Program-made: the position numbers and the translations under genes
The notes under the pieces: model-generated
What the model saw: only the letters and a program-made list of their open reading frames with translations
Databases searched by the model: none
Told to the model about the DNA's origin: nothing
In this document: positions 28,958-38,747 of the stretch, piece by piece
How the letters are laid out: each line of letters opens with the position of its first letter
How positions within the stretch are numbered: position 1 is the stretch's first letter
Assembly: GCA_019057635.1 (NCBI GenBank)
Contig: DXJL01000056.1
Span: forward strand, 14,774-78,773
Source of the DNA: Candidatus Heimdallarchaeota archaeon
GTDB taxonomy: Archaea > Asgardarchaeota > Heimdallarchaeia > Hodarchaeales > Hodarchaeaceae
Reading direction: 5' to 3'
Length of the DNA: 64,000 nucleotides

Positions 28958-30114
28958 TGTTCGAATACGCGGACCAAATCCACAGGTGTTTCAGATGTGG
29001 CTTTTGTAAGTTTCCGAGCGATTTTACGGATTTGAATTGCCCATCTTACAATAGATTTCGATTTGAATCTTTTTCCACGGGTGGAAGATTGTGGCTTATA
29101 TGGGCGTGGTTAAAGGGAGAAATTGAGTGGTCAAATCATTTAGCGAAAGTTGTATTCTCATGTACCACATGTAAAAATTGTGTTGAACAATGTCCTATGA
29201 AATTTAGTGAAGATATCATTGACTGGATTGTTGGAACAAGGATGGATATGGTAGAGAAAAGTTTAGTTCCAACACAAATCAGTGAATTCTTGGATAACAT
29301 CTACAAATACGGAAATCCTTGGGGATTACCAAGAAATGAAAGAGATTCTTGGGCTGAAGGAATAAATCGTTACACCTCTGGTGATGAATATCTTTTTTAT
29401 GTGGGGTGTGCTGGATCGTATGAGACACAAGGCCAGAGGATGGCTAAAGCTTTTGCTGATTTTCTAAAAAGTACAGGAAAATCTTTTGGAATTCTTGGTT
29501 CCGAAGAAGATTGTGATGGGAATGAAGTATTTTATGTTGGAGAAAAGGGTTTGTTCCAAGAATTAGTAAAAAAGAATATTGATAAATTCAATGAACTAGA
29601 CGTGAAGAAAATCGTCACCCTTTCCCCACATGCATACAATTCCATGAAAAACAAGTATTTAGGACTTGGAGAGATCGAAGTAGTTCATTACACGCAGCTT
29701 CTATTAGAAATGATTCAGAAGGGAGAGATACAATTGAAAGAGCTCAATGCAAAGGTAACTTATCATGATCCCTGTTTCTTGGGGAGGTACAACGAAATAT
29801 ATGACATACCAAGAGAGATTCTAAAGAATATCCCAGGAATAGAGCTCATTGAAATGGAGAGAAATAGACAAAACTCTTTCTGCTGTGGTGGTGGAAGTGG
29901 TAATTTTGTCTTTGATCTACTAGGACGATCTGAAGATAGCCCTAGCAGAATTAGAGTTAGAGAAGCTCATGGGACTGGTGCTGAAATTTTGATTATAACA
30001 TGTCCAAGCTGTTATTGTATGTTAGATGAAGCGATAAAAACTGAAAAATTAGAGGGAATTCTGACCTTAAAAGACATCTCAGAGTTGGTAAAAGAATCAT
30101 TAGAAAAGATTTGA
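28942..30114 (+). CDS. Fe-S oxidoreductase, GlcF/HdrD-like (CCG domain)
   Basis: 'CFRCGFCKFP..CPS' and 'CTTCKNCVEQCPM' 4Fe-4S motifs plus 'FCCGGGSG' CCG signatures. It overlaps the upstream gene, so is probably co-translated. Confidence 0.75.
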   Translation: MGGRMMFEYADQIHRCFRCGFCKFPSDFTDLNCPSYNRFRFESFSTGGRLWLIWAWLKGEIEWSNHLAKVVFSCTTCKNCVEQCPMKFSEDIIDWIVGTRMDMVEKSLVPTQISEFLDNIYKYGNPWGLPRNERDSWAEGINRYTSGDEYLFYVGCAGSYETQGQRMAKAFADFLKSTGKSFGILGSEEDCDGNEVFYVGEKGLFQELVKKNIDKFNELDVKKIVTLSPHAYNSMKNKYLGLGEIEVVHYTQLLLEMIQKGEIQLKELNAKVTYHDPCFLGRYNEIYDIPREILKNIPGIELIEMERNRQNSFCCGGGSGNFVFDLLGRSEDSPSRIRVREAHGTGAEILIITCPSCYCMLDEAIKTEKLEGILTLKDISELVKESLEKI

Positions 30115-30633
30115 ATGAATATTTGAAAATATAGTAAAAAAAATTTCTTGCAGGTTCCGCTTCTCAACCATCCTTCTAATTAAATGTCTAGTATATACCA
30201 CGATATATACTTCTCTAGTCTGATTGTGCGATTGTCGAAGCTTTTCAAGAGTAGATTGTCGTATATCCAACGTATGCCCTCTCTAAATCTTTATATTTTA
30301 TTTATATACTCTGACGGTTGCATATCCTTAGTTAAACAACTTCCCTCAATCTCGGTTCTCCCCCTGTTTTGACTAGCTTAACGAGTAGAATGAACAGCTC
30401 AATCTGTCACTAGCTTTCGTATTTTAGAGATTATAAAAAAAAATCATTTTCCCCGTTGTTGATTTAACCGCAGTAGTAGCTAGTTTGGAGTTATTCATAT
30501 CCAAATATTCTCTTGATTGGGTAGTAAATCCACTTCGGCTCACTTCGTGCTAAGTAGAAATATTTAGTTAATAAATTGTCTGATATTGGAACAAGCTGAA
30601 TTTATGAGAACGATTTGTGTTTCCTAGAAAATT

Positions 30634-31002
30634 CTATTCAAAGAAAAATCCTTTGAATTCAGTTTCTTGCTGTAACAGCTCTATCACTTGGAGACCTAAA
30701 GGCGTTAATTGCCAACCTTTCTCTCCACGTTCGACTAAACCAATATCTAAAAGAGAACGACTGTACTTCCCTGTTCGAATATGACTTCTGATCGTGTCTA
30801 ATCCAACCCCAATAATTTTGCTTAATCTCTTATAACCCACTGAATCACGATAGAGCTCAATTAGTATTCTCTTCTTCGTCCGACCTAATCGCTCCATAAA
30901 TTCTTTTGGGTCTTGACTTATTTGAGAAGAATTGTCTTGTAAAAGCTCTTCAGAAGAATTTGGATTAAGTAAATCGTCCCTAGGTTCTTCTTTTTCCGCC
31001 AT
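30634..31002 (-). CDS. Winged-helix DNA-binding protein (putative transcription regulator)
   Basis: 122 aa with an acidic N-terminus followed by an HTH-like segment 'RILIELYRDSVGYKRLSKIIGVGLDTIRSHI'. Confidence 0.4.
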   Translation of the reverse strand: MAEKEEPRDDLLNPNSSEELLQDNSSQISQDPKEFMERLGRTKKRILIELYRDSVGYKRLSKIIGVGLDTIRSHIRTGKYSRSLLDIGLVERGEKGWQLTPLGLQVIELLQQETEFKGFFFE

Positions 31003-31045
31003 AATTAATTCCCAAAGATGCTTGTAGGTAACCTAATAGCTGATA

Positions 31046-31348
31046 TTAGGCTCTTTGAAGTTCTGATCTTCTTGCTCTGGGTCGGCTACGAATCCATTTT
31101 TTCCCGCACTCGCCACATGTAATTCGGATGTCGACTTTTTTAGTCGTTTTTGATGTCATATTTCGTGAAGCAATGGGTCGTCTTGAATAACGACCATGAT
31201 TTCCAATTCGTGAAGTCCATCGAGCCATTCTTCGGCTACCTTGCCCCATTCCACCACCTCGTTGTTTTGCTTTTTCAAGTTTCACTGATTGCACTGTATG
31301 TTTGTTGCAGTGTGGACAGAATGTTCGCATTTTTGCGGGAATTTTCAC
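31046..31348 (-). CDS. rpl44e: Ribosomal protein L44e
   Basis: 'FCPHCNKHTVQSVKLEKAKQRG...ITCGECGK' is the eL42/L44e zinc-ribbon pattern. Confidence 0.85.
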   Translation of the reverse strand: MKIPAKMRTFCPHCNKHTVQSVKLEKAKQRGGGMGQGSRRMARWTSRIGNHGRYSRRPIASRNMTSKTTKKVDIRITCGECGKKWIRSRPRARRSELQRA

Positions 31349-31537
31349 CTTATCTAGCTCCAGTCCGATTACCGAAATAACCTTTCTTTGATTGTAAGAA
31401 GGTAATTAGTAAATCAATTTTTCCCCAATGTTAAAAACTTCCTGCTTTTCTGACGATCATTCTTTGGATACTCTTTATTCTCCAACTTCTGCGATAGTCC
31501 TAAAAAGTCGATTTTGACCAACTGATTTTGAAGTAAC

Positions 31538-32671
31538 TTGCCATTAGATAGAAAGTACAAATCAGTAATTGAATCTGGTATTTTGTTAGGATCCGCTATC
31601 TTACTTGCGATATTTATAGCTCTATCATTAGCAAATTATCTTGGTAACTCTTCAATGCCAAATGTTGCAGTATCTACCACCAGTATGATGCCAATTTACC
31701 GTGGTTTTCAAGACGGAACAGAAAGAGTCGGTACTCTTTATCCTTTTCGTGGTGATATATTGTTGGTTAGAAAAGTACCAGCAGATACATTAGAGGTTGG
31801 TGATGTTATTGTTTTTGATACACCAGCAGTTTCTGATCCAGTTGTCCATCGCATTGTAGCTAGGTGGCAAGACGAATCGAATACCCTTTTTTTCAAAACG
31901 AATGGTGATAACAACCTACCTCCTGATAATTGGATCGTTGAAGAAAGCGACGTCATTGGGGTGGTCGTAATTCGTATTCCTCATATTGGTTGGTTTTTGT
32001 TAGTAATGCAAACGAATTTGGGAAAAATGTTGATTCTAACCCTTGCAGTGTTGGTTCTTTTCGGAGAAGAAATTTTCAGTTATATAGGGTTAATTAAAAC
32101 CGATAAAGAGGAGGAAGAGAATGAGAATGGCACAAAAAACCAAGATGTTGAAAAATTATCAACCAAGACACAATCCAATTCATTCAAGACAATTATTAGA
32201 AAGAAAGGAACCGTTTATATCATTATAGGAATAGCTATACTTATCTTATTCACCTCTAGTAATCTCATAGCTAGTGTATCCCATTCACCTTCTATTGATT
32301 GTTTTGCACTCAATGACGCATCAGGTAATCAAAGCTTATTAAAATCCTCAAAATATTCACTGAGAACACTTATTTCACGGTATAAATTAGTAGATACAGT
32401 ATCTGAAACTAGTTACTTCTACCCCATTATGATCAAACTTAAATCTGGGGGAATTCTCAATAATATCGATTATTTTGAAATTCGTGTCAATCAGAGTGAA
32501 GGATTATATCGGTGGACCATTGTAAATAATTATATTGGTGTACATACAATAAGAGGGGGAATAATATCTCAAATAAACGGAACAGTTGAAATTTCGATTT
32601 ATCTATATACAAGAGGTCTATTTGCATCTTCACCTCTAATTTATACTTTTCAGATTTTTCTTCAGGGTTAA
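31538..32671 (+). CDS. Signal peptidase I, archaeal/eukaryotic Sec11-type, with long C-terminal extension
   Basis: N-terminal TM, 'SMMP' catalytic Ser box, 'GDILLV' and 'HRIV' boxes, plus ~200 extra C-terminal residues with a second TM. Confidence 0.65.
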   Translation: MPLDRKYKSVIESGILLGSAILLAIFIALSLANYLGNSSMPNVAVSTTSMMPIYRGFQDGTERVGTLYPFRGDILLVRKVPADTLEVGDVIVFDTPAVSDPVVHRIVARWQDESNTLFFKTNGDNNLPPDNWIVEESDVIGVVVIRIPHIGWFLLVMQTNLGKMLILTLAVLVLFGEEIFSYIGLIKTDKEEEENENGTKNQDVEKLSTKTQSNSFKTIIRKKGTVYIIIGIAILILFTSSNLIASVSHSPSIDCFALNDASGNQSLLKSSKYSLRTLISRYKLVDTVSETSYFYPIMIKLKSGGILNNIDYFEIRVNQSEGLYRWTIVNNYIGVHTIRGGIISQINGTVEISIYLYTRGLFASSPLIYTFQIFLQG

Positions 32672-33439
32672 GTGATATTTTATATGGTAAATATGTGTTA
32701 TTTAGTCGGTACGGCGGGTTCAGGTAAAACAATGCTGATTTCATCTCTTCAACAATATTTAAAACAAAAAGGAGCAAGTCTAACCATCGTTAACCTTGAC
32801 CCAGCAGTTCGACATATCCCCTATCAGGCTGATATTGATATAAGAGATTATATTGACTTTGATCAGCTTGTAGACGAATATAAACTTGGACCGAATGGTG
32901 CACTAATTGCTGCGACTGATCTTGTGGCTGATTACATAAATGATATTAAGGAAAATGTCGAAGAGTTAGGAGAAAGTTCTGATATTGTATTAGTAGATAC
33001 ACCTGGTCAAGTGGAGCTTTTTGCTTACCGAAACGCAAGTATAAAAATCACAAGAAGCTTCCCTATAGATTCAAGTTTACTTACCTTTTTATTTGATTCT
33101 GCCTTGGTGTCTAATATTTCAGGTTATTTATCTGTAAACCTTTTAGCGACTTCTGTACAGATTCGTTTGAATATACCGATAATTCATGTAATGTCGAAAA
33201 CGGATTTACTCAAACCTCATCAAGTTGATGAAATTTTAGATTGGCGAGAAAATCCCTACGATGCAATTGATCAACTGTATGGCATGAATCGCGAATTTGC
33301 TTTAAAAACGGGTCAAATATTTGAAAATATGGGAGATATTCCGCTTATTCCAGTCAGTTCATTATCTGGAGAGGGGCTCGATCTTCTTAGTGCTCAATTA
33401 AGTCGTACTTTTTCCGCAGGGGAAGATTGGTCAATATAA
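32672..33439 (+). CDS. GPN-loop GTPase
   Basis: 'VGTAGSGKT' P-loop and 'LGPNGAL' GPN motif. Confidence 0.85.
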   Translation: MIFYMVNMCYLVGTAGSGKTMLISSLQQYLKQKGASLTIVNLDPAVRHIPYQADIDIRDYIDFDQLVDEYKLGPNGALIAATDLVADYINDIKENVEELGESSDIVLVDTPGQVELFAYRNASIKITRSFPIDSSLLTFLFDSALVSNISGYLSVNLLATSVQIRLNIPIIHVMSKTDLLKPHQVDEILDWRENPYDAIDQLYGMNREFALKTGQIFENMGDIPLIPVSSLSGEGLDLLSAQLSRTFSAGEDWSI

Positions 33440-33450
33440 TTTTACTCAAT

Positions 33451-33855
33451 TTAAAATCGGGGACCAGGTAACATCCATATTAGCGATGTTAGTACGATAA
33501 ATAGCAAGGTAAAAGTAAATGTCCCAGAAAAAAGTAATCGTTTTTGGTCAACTACATCTGGAGTAATTCTCAGTACAAATCTAATGACGGCCATACTTAG
33601 CCCTAAGCCAGTTATCAAGAAAAGAAACCATGTACTGCTAGGGGAAATTTCAGGGAATAGAACAAAAAAGGTTCCAGTAACGATACCGGTAATTCCACCG
33701 AAAACTACTTTTGTATAGTACATTCTAGTATTGGGAGAAAGTTCATTAAACCTGTAGTTCGATCTTCTAGTTTCAGTAATAGTACTATCCTCATCAGGAC
33801 GTCGAGTTATCTTACGTATTTTTCTCTGGCTGATATTTCGTCGTTCTCTTGACAT
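33451..33855 (-). CDS. Small membrane protein with basic N-terminus
   Basis: 134 aa with 3 predicted TM helices. Confidence 0.35.
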   Translation of the reverse strand: MSRERRNISQRKIRKITRRPDEDSTITETRRSNYRFNELSPNTRMYYTKVVFGGITGIVTGTFFVLFPEISPSSTWFLFLITGLGLSMAVIRFVLRITPDVVDQKRLLFSGTFTFTLLFIVLTSLIWMLPGPRF

Positions 33856-34129
33856 CTTAATTTCCTTCTACTGAAGATTCTGAAAATTACCTTTAAACGT
33901 AGAAATAACTGAGATTGTAAAATATATATACAATTCCAAGTTATTTTGGCTAATAATGGAAAATTAGACACTGAGTTTTATTTTTTTTGAGATCGGCCAG
34001 CTACTAAGAGTGATGAACTTCACTTGGTTTCACCACGGTATTCAAAGTTTTATACTAATATTTTGGAGATATAAAATTAAAGGATTTTGAATCCTGGACT
34101 TTTAAAATCAAGGCTACCTAGAGCGAGAG

Positions 34130-34756
34130 TTGAAGACAATTATGGAATATTCTGGAGAGTATTTGGTTAAGCTTGCGAGGAGGACTATTGAAACCTATTT
34201 AAAGAATAAAACAAAAATTAAACCCCCAAAAGATGCTCCTGGAGATCTCATGGATCAATCAGGTGTATTTGTGACTCTCCATCGTATTGATCAAGGTGAT
34301 GAACCAGTTTTACGGGGATGTATTGGAAGAATTCAAAGTCCAGGGAGTACTCTCATCCAATCTACCATTGACTCTGCTATAGATGCTATTATTCACGATT
34401 ATCGATTCCCTAATGTTACTTTTCCCGAATTAGATAAGATTACAGTCGAGGTTACAATATTAACAGTTCCTGAAAAAATCATAGTTGAAGATCCAAAAGA
34501 ATACTTTGATATTATTAAGATTGGCCGACATGGGTTAATTGCAGAGCGAGGTTCATTCCAACGTGGGTTATTATTACCCCAAGTACCAGTCCAACAGGGA
34601 TGGGATATTCAGACGTATCTTGATCATGTATGTCAGAAAGCTGGGTTACCATCACATGCCTGGCAAGATCTTGAAACAAATATTTCATTTTTTGAGGGAT
34701 TTATCTATTCAGAACTTGCGCCAAATGGAAAAATAAAACAAAATACAGATCATTGA
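34130..34756 (+). CDS. AMMECR1-domain protein
   Basis: 'RGCIGRI' hallmark and the typical ~200 aa length. Confidence 0.8.
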   Translation: MKTIMEYSGEYLVKLARRTIETYLKNKTKIKPPKDAPGDLMDQSGVFVTLHRIDQGDEPVLRGCIGRIQSPGSTLIQSTIDSAIDAIIHDYRFPNVTFPELDKITVEVTILTVPEKIIVEDPKEYFDIIKIGRHGLIAERGSFQRGLLLPQVPVQQGWDIQTYLDHVCQKAGLPSHAWQDLETNISFFEGFIYSELAPNGKIKQNTDH

Positions 34757-35892
34757 GTCTTTATTTTTTCCAAAAATATTTCAATTTTCTTTTTATTAAT
34801 AGGATTGGGTAAAGCAATTTCTAATTTATCCCGATAAGCGCAGCAAGTTTTATCATCTAATGACTCAATTGACGGTACATTTCCATGATAACCAAATTGT
34901 ATTGGCCGTAAACCAACTATATTCGATTGAGACTCCATTGCACTTAGTGCTTTAAAACTAATCGTTTCACCATTATGATTAAAGCAGGTAGGACTGATAA
35001 ACGTCTGAACACTTCCATCTGAAACGTAATTTTGACATATTGCTTCACAGACGGTCTGACAGTAGAAACAAAGATTATTATCATCCTTATGTAAATCAAA
35101 AAATGATTTTAGTTCAATAAAAGCATGTATTGGAGAAAAATGTTTTTCCACATATTTAATAAAAATATTTTCTGACTTTTTACCAGTTCTGAAGAACAAT
35201 GGTAGAATTTTGACTCCCCTCTTTTTCATAAGCCATGCGGCTAATATTGAGTTCACATTAGGACGAATTAAAGCTATAGCAGTTCCTTGTGAGTTTGAAG
35301 GGATTCCATCCATCCCCTTTATGATCTCTGAATAAATAAATGTCAATTTTCCTCGAACGTCAAGGAATATCTCAACTTGAGGTACCGTAAGATTGACTTT
35401 AAGTCCAGAAATGTCAGATTCTAAAATTTTACTTCCTAGTTTTGCGGCGATTTCCATTGAGGAAAATGGATGTAAGCCCTCACGTCTGACCCTTACTGCA
35501 AAGCTACTATGAGGTGGAAAAAATTCAAGTGCCAATTTGACACCATTGGCTAGGATTTCTTCTTCATCACTTCTAATGACGAAAGCTTGACTTAAAGAGG
35601 AGATCCCACTTATTTGCTGTGCAATTTGGAGAATAATATTCTGAGGAATAACTGGAGGATTAAAATTAATTAGAAGACGACCACGAAAATCAATTATCGA
35701 AAAAGTTAGCTCAGCCTTTTTCAATAGTTCATTGATATTTGCACGAAGTAAACTGATCATACGACGTCTAGTTCTTCGACTTTTGATCCCAAGTTCTCCT
35801 CCCATCCGAATGAGTAGAACATTACTACCAATAAGTTCAGAATAACCCTTATTTTGATCCAATGTAAACCCAAGGGGATTAGGAGAATTCAA
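34750..35892 (-). CDS. THUMP-domain, ThiI-like protein with degenerate PP-loop and Cys-rich C-terminus
   Basis: N-terminus 'LLIRMGGELGIKSRRTRRRM' resembles the ThiI N-terminal ferredoxin-like/THUMP region. The canonical SGGxDS PP-loop was not found. C-terminal 'CFYCQTVCEAICQ'. Confidence 0.5.
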   Translation of the reverse strand: MNSPNPLGFTLDQNKGYSELIGSNVLLIRMGGELGIKSRRTRRRMISLLRANINELLKKAELTFSIIDFRGRLLINFNPPVIPQNIILQIAQQISGISSLSQAFVIRSDEEEILANGVKLALEFFPPHSSFAVRVRREGLHPFSSMEIAAKLGSKILESDISGLKVNLTVPQVEIFLDVRGKLTFIYSEIIKGMDGIPSNSQGTAIALIRPNVNSILAAWLMKKRGVKILPLFFRTGKKSENIFIKYVEKHFSPIHAFIELKSFFDLHKDDNNLCFYCQTVCEAICQNYVSDGSVQTFISPTCFNHNGETISFKALSAMESQSNIVGLRPIQFGYHGNVPSIESLDDKTCCAYRDKLEIALPNPINKKKIEIFLEKIKTQ

Positions 35893-36025
35893 TTAGAGAA
35901 AACAGAAGTCTAATATTGTGTGCATATAAATGAGCGTTTCAGAGTAACTATAATCTATCATAGCAAAGCTCAAACTTGTCAGGTTTCATCATTACGCTCA
36001 TAAATATGAATTTGAGGATTTTCCT

Positions 36026-36442
36026 TTAATCCTCAAGATCATCGTCGTCTTCTTTGAGTTCCTCTGAAGCACGTATTAATTCAGCCATGGAATATTGCTG
36101 ATCAAACTTTTTCCAGATCGAAGATACTATTTCTTCATCTAGTCCTTTAACCTTCTTTTCGACCAGTTTTTTAGCTTCAGCACGTTTCGCAGGTAACTCT
36201 GTAAATCCCCACATAGCAGCTGGGACAGCTTCAGGGTTTTTCTCAATGATGTAAACTGTTCCCTCTTGTTGTTGAAATGAAAAAAACTGAGGTTGGATAA
36301 GTGGACAATCTGATAATTTATGTAGTCCAGTTACAGTAAATAAATGATTACATCTTGTTTTATCTGGGGATGTTGCAGATGTTTTAAAAGCACAGTGACC
36401 TTTATCAAGGTATCTCCATGCTGTGATTATTTCCGTTTTCAT
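36026..36442 (-). CDS. Hypothetical protein with acidic C-terminal tail
   Basis: 138 aa ending '...EELKEDDDDLED'. It lies downstream of the aIF2-gamma/PIN pair. Confidence 0.35.
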   Translation of the reverse strand: MKTEIITAWRYLDKGHCAFKTSATSPDKTRCNHLFTVTGLHKLSDCPLIQPQFFSFQQQEGTVYIIEKNPEAVPAAMWGFTELPAKRAEAKKLVEKKVKGLDEEIVSSIWKKFDQQYSMAELIRASEELKEDDDDLED

Positions 36443-36499
36443 GATTTATCACTCTAATATTTTGAAAGATAACTTTATTGTTTAATACAATAGGATAAT

Positions 36500-36572
36500 A
36501 GCCGCTGGTGGGACTTGAACCCACGACCAACAGATTACAAATCTGTCGCTCTACCAACTAAGCCACAGCGGC
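36500..36572 (-). tRNA. tRNA-Thr (TGT)
   Basis: Reverse complement GCCGCTGTGGCTTAGTTGGTAGAGCGACAGATTTGTAATCTGT...GGGTTCAAGTCCCACCAGCGGCT gives a perfect cloverleaf. Anticodon loop is TTTGTAA. Confidence 0.85.
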
Positions 36573-36784
36573 AACTCTTTTATTTTACTCTCATGTCGAT
36601 ATCAATATAATCTCGAATGGTCGATTGGTAGAGTTTACTTTGCCTTAAGTTGGGATAACGAAATAAGGTTCACCCCATACATTATTCAACCTACAGGTGG
36701 CTTCTATCACCACTCCTTTAATCCGCTCTTAAATTTGCTTAAAGCCTTACCGAGTAATAAATGATATGATATCGGTTAATTTCG

Positions 36785-37255
36785 TCACTCAATCATTAAA
36801 TAACTTTGATTTCGAATAAAGAGAGTTAGGAGCCCTTTTTTTCTAGCTAGTCGCTTCAATTGCCTGTCATTTGTGGCGATCATCCCGTTATGTCTTTCCC
36901 CATACTCTAAAAGAATAAAATCGATATTTTTGTGATCATAATCTGATTGCCAAATCTTGCAATATTTTTCTACATAGGTGAGGGCAATCTGAGCTTCTTT
37001 TTCCACCTTTATTTTTCCGCTCTGGTGTAGTTTAGTCAGTTCATTGAGAATAGGTCTCAAGACAATTAATTTTCGTTTACCTGGTAGAACACGATCGAGT
37101 TCATAGCTCAAATTAAAACTTGTCATTTGGCCAATGGCCATTAAAAAATTAGTGTCAAGAAAAATAACTTTTCCAGAATCTTCAATAGACGAGATTATTA
37201 CCCAGCCCGTTGTTCTTTTCCGCTTGTGACCGTTCCCCAGCCTATCAAACGCCAT
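36785..37255 (-). CDS. PIN-domain protein (Nob1/VapC-like nuclease fold)
   Basis: 'VIFLDTNFLM' and 'IATNDRQLKRLARKKG' acidic PIN motifs. The listed start overlaps the aIF2-gamma 3' end by ~58 nt, so the real start is probably internal (non-ATG). Confidence 0.65.
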   Translation of the reverse strand: MAFDRLGNGHKRKRTTGWVIISSIEDSGKVIFLDTNFLMAIGQMTSFNLSYELDRVLPGKRKLIVLRPILNELTKLHQSGKIKVEKEAQIALTYVEKYCKIWQSDYDHKNIDFILLEYGERHNGMIATNDRQLKRLARKKGLLTLFIRNQSYLMIE

Positions 37256-38727
37256 CTTCTGTCTATTTGGCGACTAATTGCGATTCTTATACCAGTTTCA
37301 GCACATACAGGTAATCGTAAGCTCACAGCAACATTCCCTTTTGCAGCCATTACCACTTTTCCGACAGTTTTGGCTGTTCCAACACTTAACATCAGATTTT
37401 CATGCATTTCTATATTTTGAACCGTGCTTTGAGATTCGCTTCCAACTACGCGTTCCATCAAATGTGATTCAAATTCTAAAGTATCCCAACTAGGAGGTAA
37501 AGAATCAGAATATCCGACAACATTTCCTACTAACATATCACTCTTTGTTAGAGCAGGATCTAAATTTGTACCAATTCCTATCAATCCCCCTGGATGCGCG
37601 GTATCTAATTCCCCAAATCCAGAACGTAGGCTCACAATTTTTGTATTTAAGAATTTGTATTTGTTCCCTCTCCTAACTCCCGGTCGTATTTGTATATCGT
37701 CTCCTACAGAAAATTTCCCCTGAATAATACTACCTCCAACAACACCCCCTTGAAGTTTCCCAGGAGATTGACCAGGTTTATTCACATCGAATGATCTGGC
37801 TATAAGCATTTGTGGTGGAATATCTGCATCTCGGGGAGGTGTCGGAAGATTTTCTTCAATGTTCTGTATCAATAAATCAATATTAGAGTGATGTACAGCA
37901 CTAATAGGGATAACTGGTGATTTTTTAGCAGATGTGGTCGAAATGAATTTTTTTAAATCTTTAAAGTTCGTAACAGCTTCTTTTTCGGTAACTAATTCAA
38001 TTTTATTCTGGCAAACAATAACTTTTTCCATTCCTATTATGTCCATGGCAGCTAAATGTTCACGAGTTTGAGGCATAGGTACTCGTTCATTTGCAGCTAC
38101 CACTAAGATAGCTCCATCCATTATACTTGCCCCAGAAAGCATTGTTGCCATTAACACTTCGTGACCTGGTGCATCTACGAAAGCAACACGTCTTAGCAAG
38201 ACAGTTTCCTTCCCACAATTGGCACAGACTTTTTTTGTTGTGTATTTAGTTGGTGCTTCACACTTTACACATTCACGAAATTCTGTTTCAGCGTATCCAA
38301 GTCGAATAGAAATTCCTCTTCGAATTTCTTCACTATGAGTATCTGGGAATTTTCCTGTTAGTGCTTGTGTCAAAGTTGATTTACCATGATCTACATGACC
38401 AATCATACCCAAACTAATCTCTGCTTGATTTGGTATTTCATCAGTTTTCTTTGGCCTTGTAGAGGTTTTTTTCTTTGTCGCAGTTTTAGTTGTCTTTTTT
38501 GCTGCAGCTTTCTTTTCTTTCGCTGGTGTTGTCTTTACTGCTTTTTTTGTTTTAGCTTTAGTTGTGATCTTTGTTGCAGTTTTCTTTCCTTTCGTTGCTG
38601 TTGCCTTTGTTGTCTTTGTAGTTTTTTTTGTCGTAGTCTTTGGCAATTTAGACGAATCAACCTCAGTTGATTTCGCTGGGGCAGCTTTTGTCTTACTTGT
38701 TAGCGCTTTCTTCTTCCGTGGCGACAT
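37198..38727 (-). CDS. eif2g: Translation initiation factor 2 gamma subunit with ~100 aa Lys/Thr/Ala-rich N-terminal extension
   Basis: 'GMIGHVDHGKSTLTQALTG', zinc knuckle 'CVKCEAP...CANCGK', 'DAPGHE', 'QNKIE' and the full three-domain EF-Tu-like layout. N-terminal repeats are of (K/T/A)-rich TKK type. Confidence 0.95.
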   Translation of the reverse strand: MSPRKKKALTSKTKAAPAKSTEVDSSKLPKTTTKKTTKTTKATATKGKKTATKITTKAKTKKAVKTTPAKEKKAAAKKTTKTATKKKTSTRPKKTDEIPNQAEISLGMIGHVDHGKSTLTQALTGKFPDTHSEEIRRGISIRLGYAETEFRECVKCEAPTKYTTKKVCANCGKETVLLRRVAFVDAPGHEVLMATMLSGASIMDGAILVVAANERVPMPQTREHLAAMDIIGMEKVIVCQNKIELVTEKEAVTNFKDLKKFISTTSAKKSPVIPISAVHHSNIDLLIQNIEENLPTPPRDADIPPQMLIARSFDVNKPGQSPGKLQGGVVGGSIIQGKFSVGDDIQIRPGVRRGNKYKFLNTKIVSLRSGFGELDTAHPGGLIGIGTNLDPALTKSDMLVGNVVGYSDSLPPSWDTLEFESHLMERVVGSESQSTVQNIEMHENLMLSVGTAKTVGKVVMAAKGNVAVSLRLPVCAETGIRIAISRQIDRRWRLIGWGTVTSGKEQRAG

Positions 38728-38747
38728 AAGAATCCTCGAAGTTTGGT

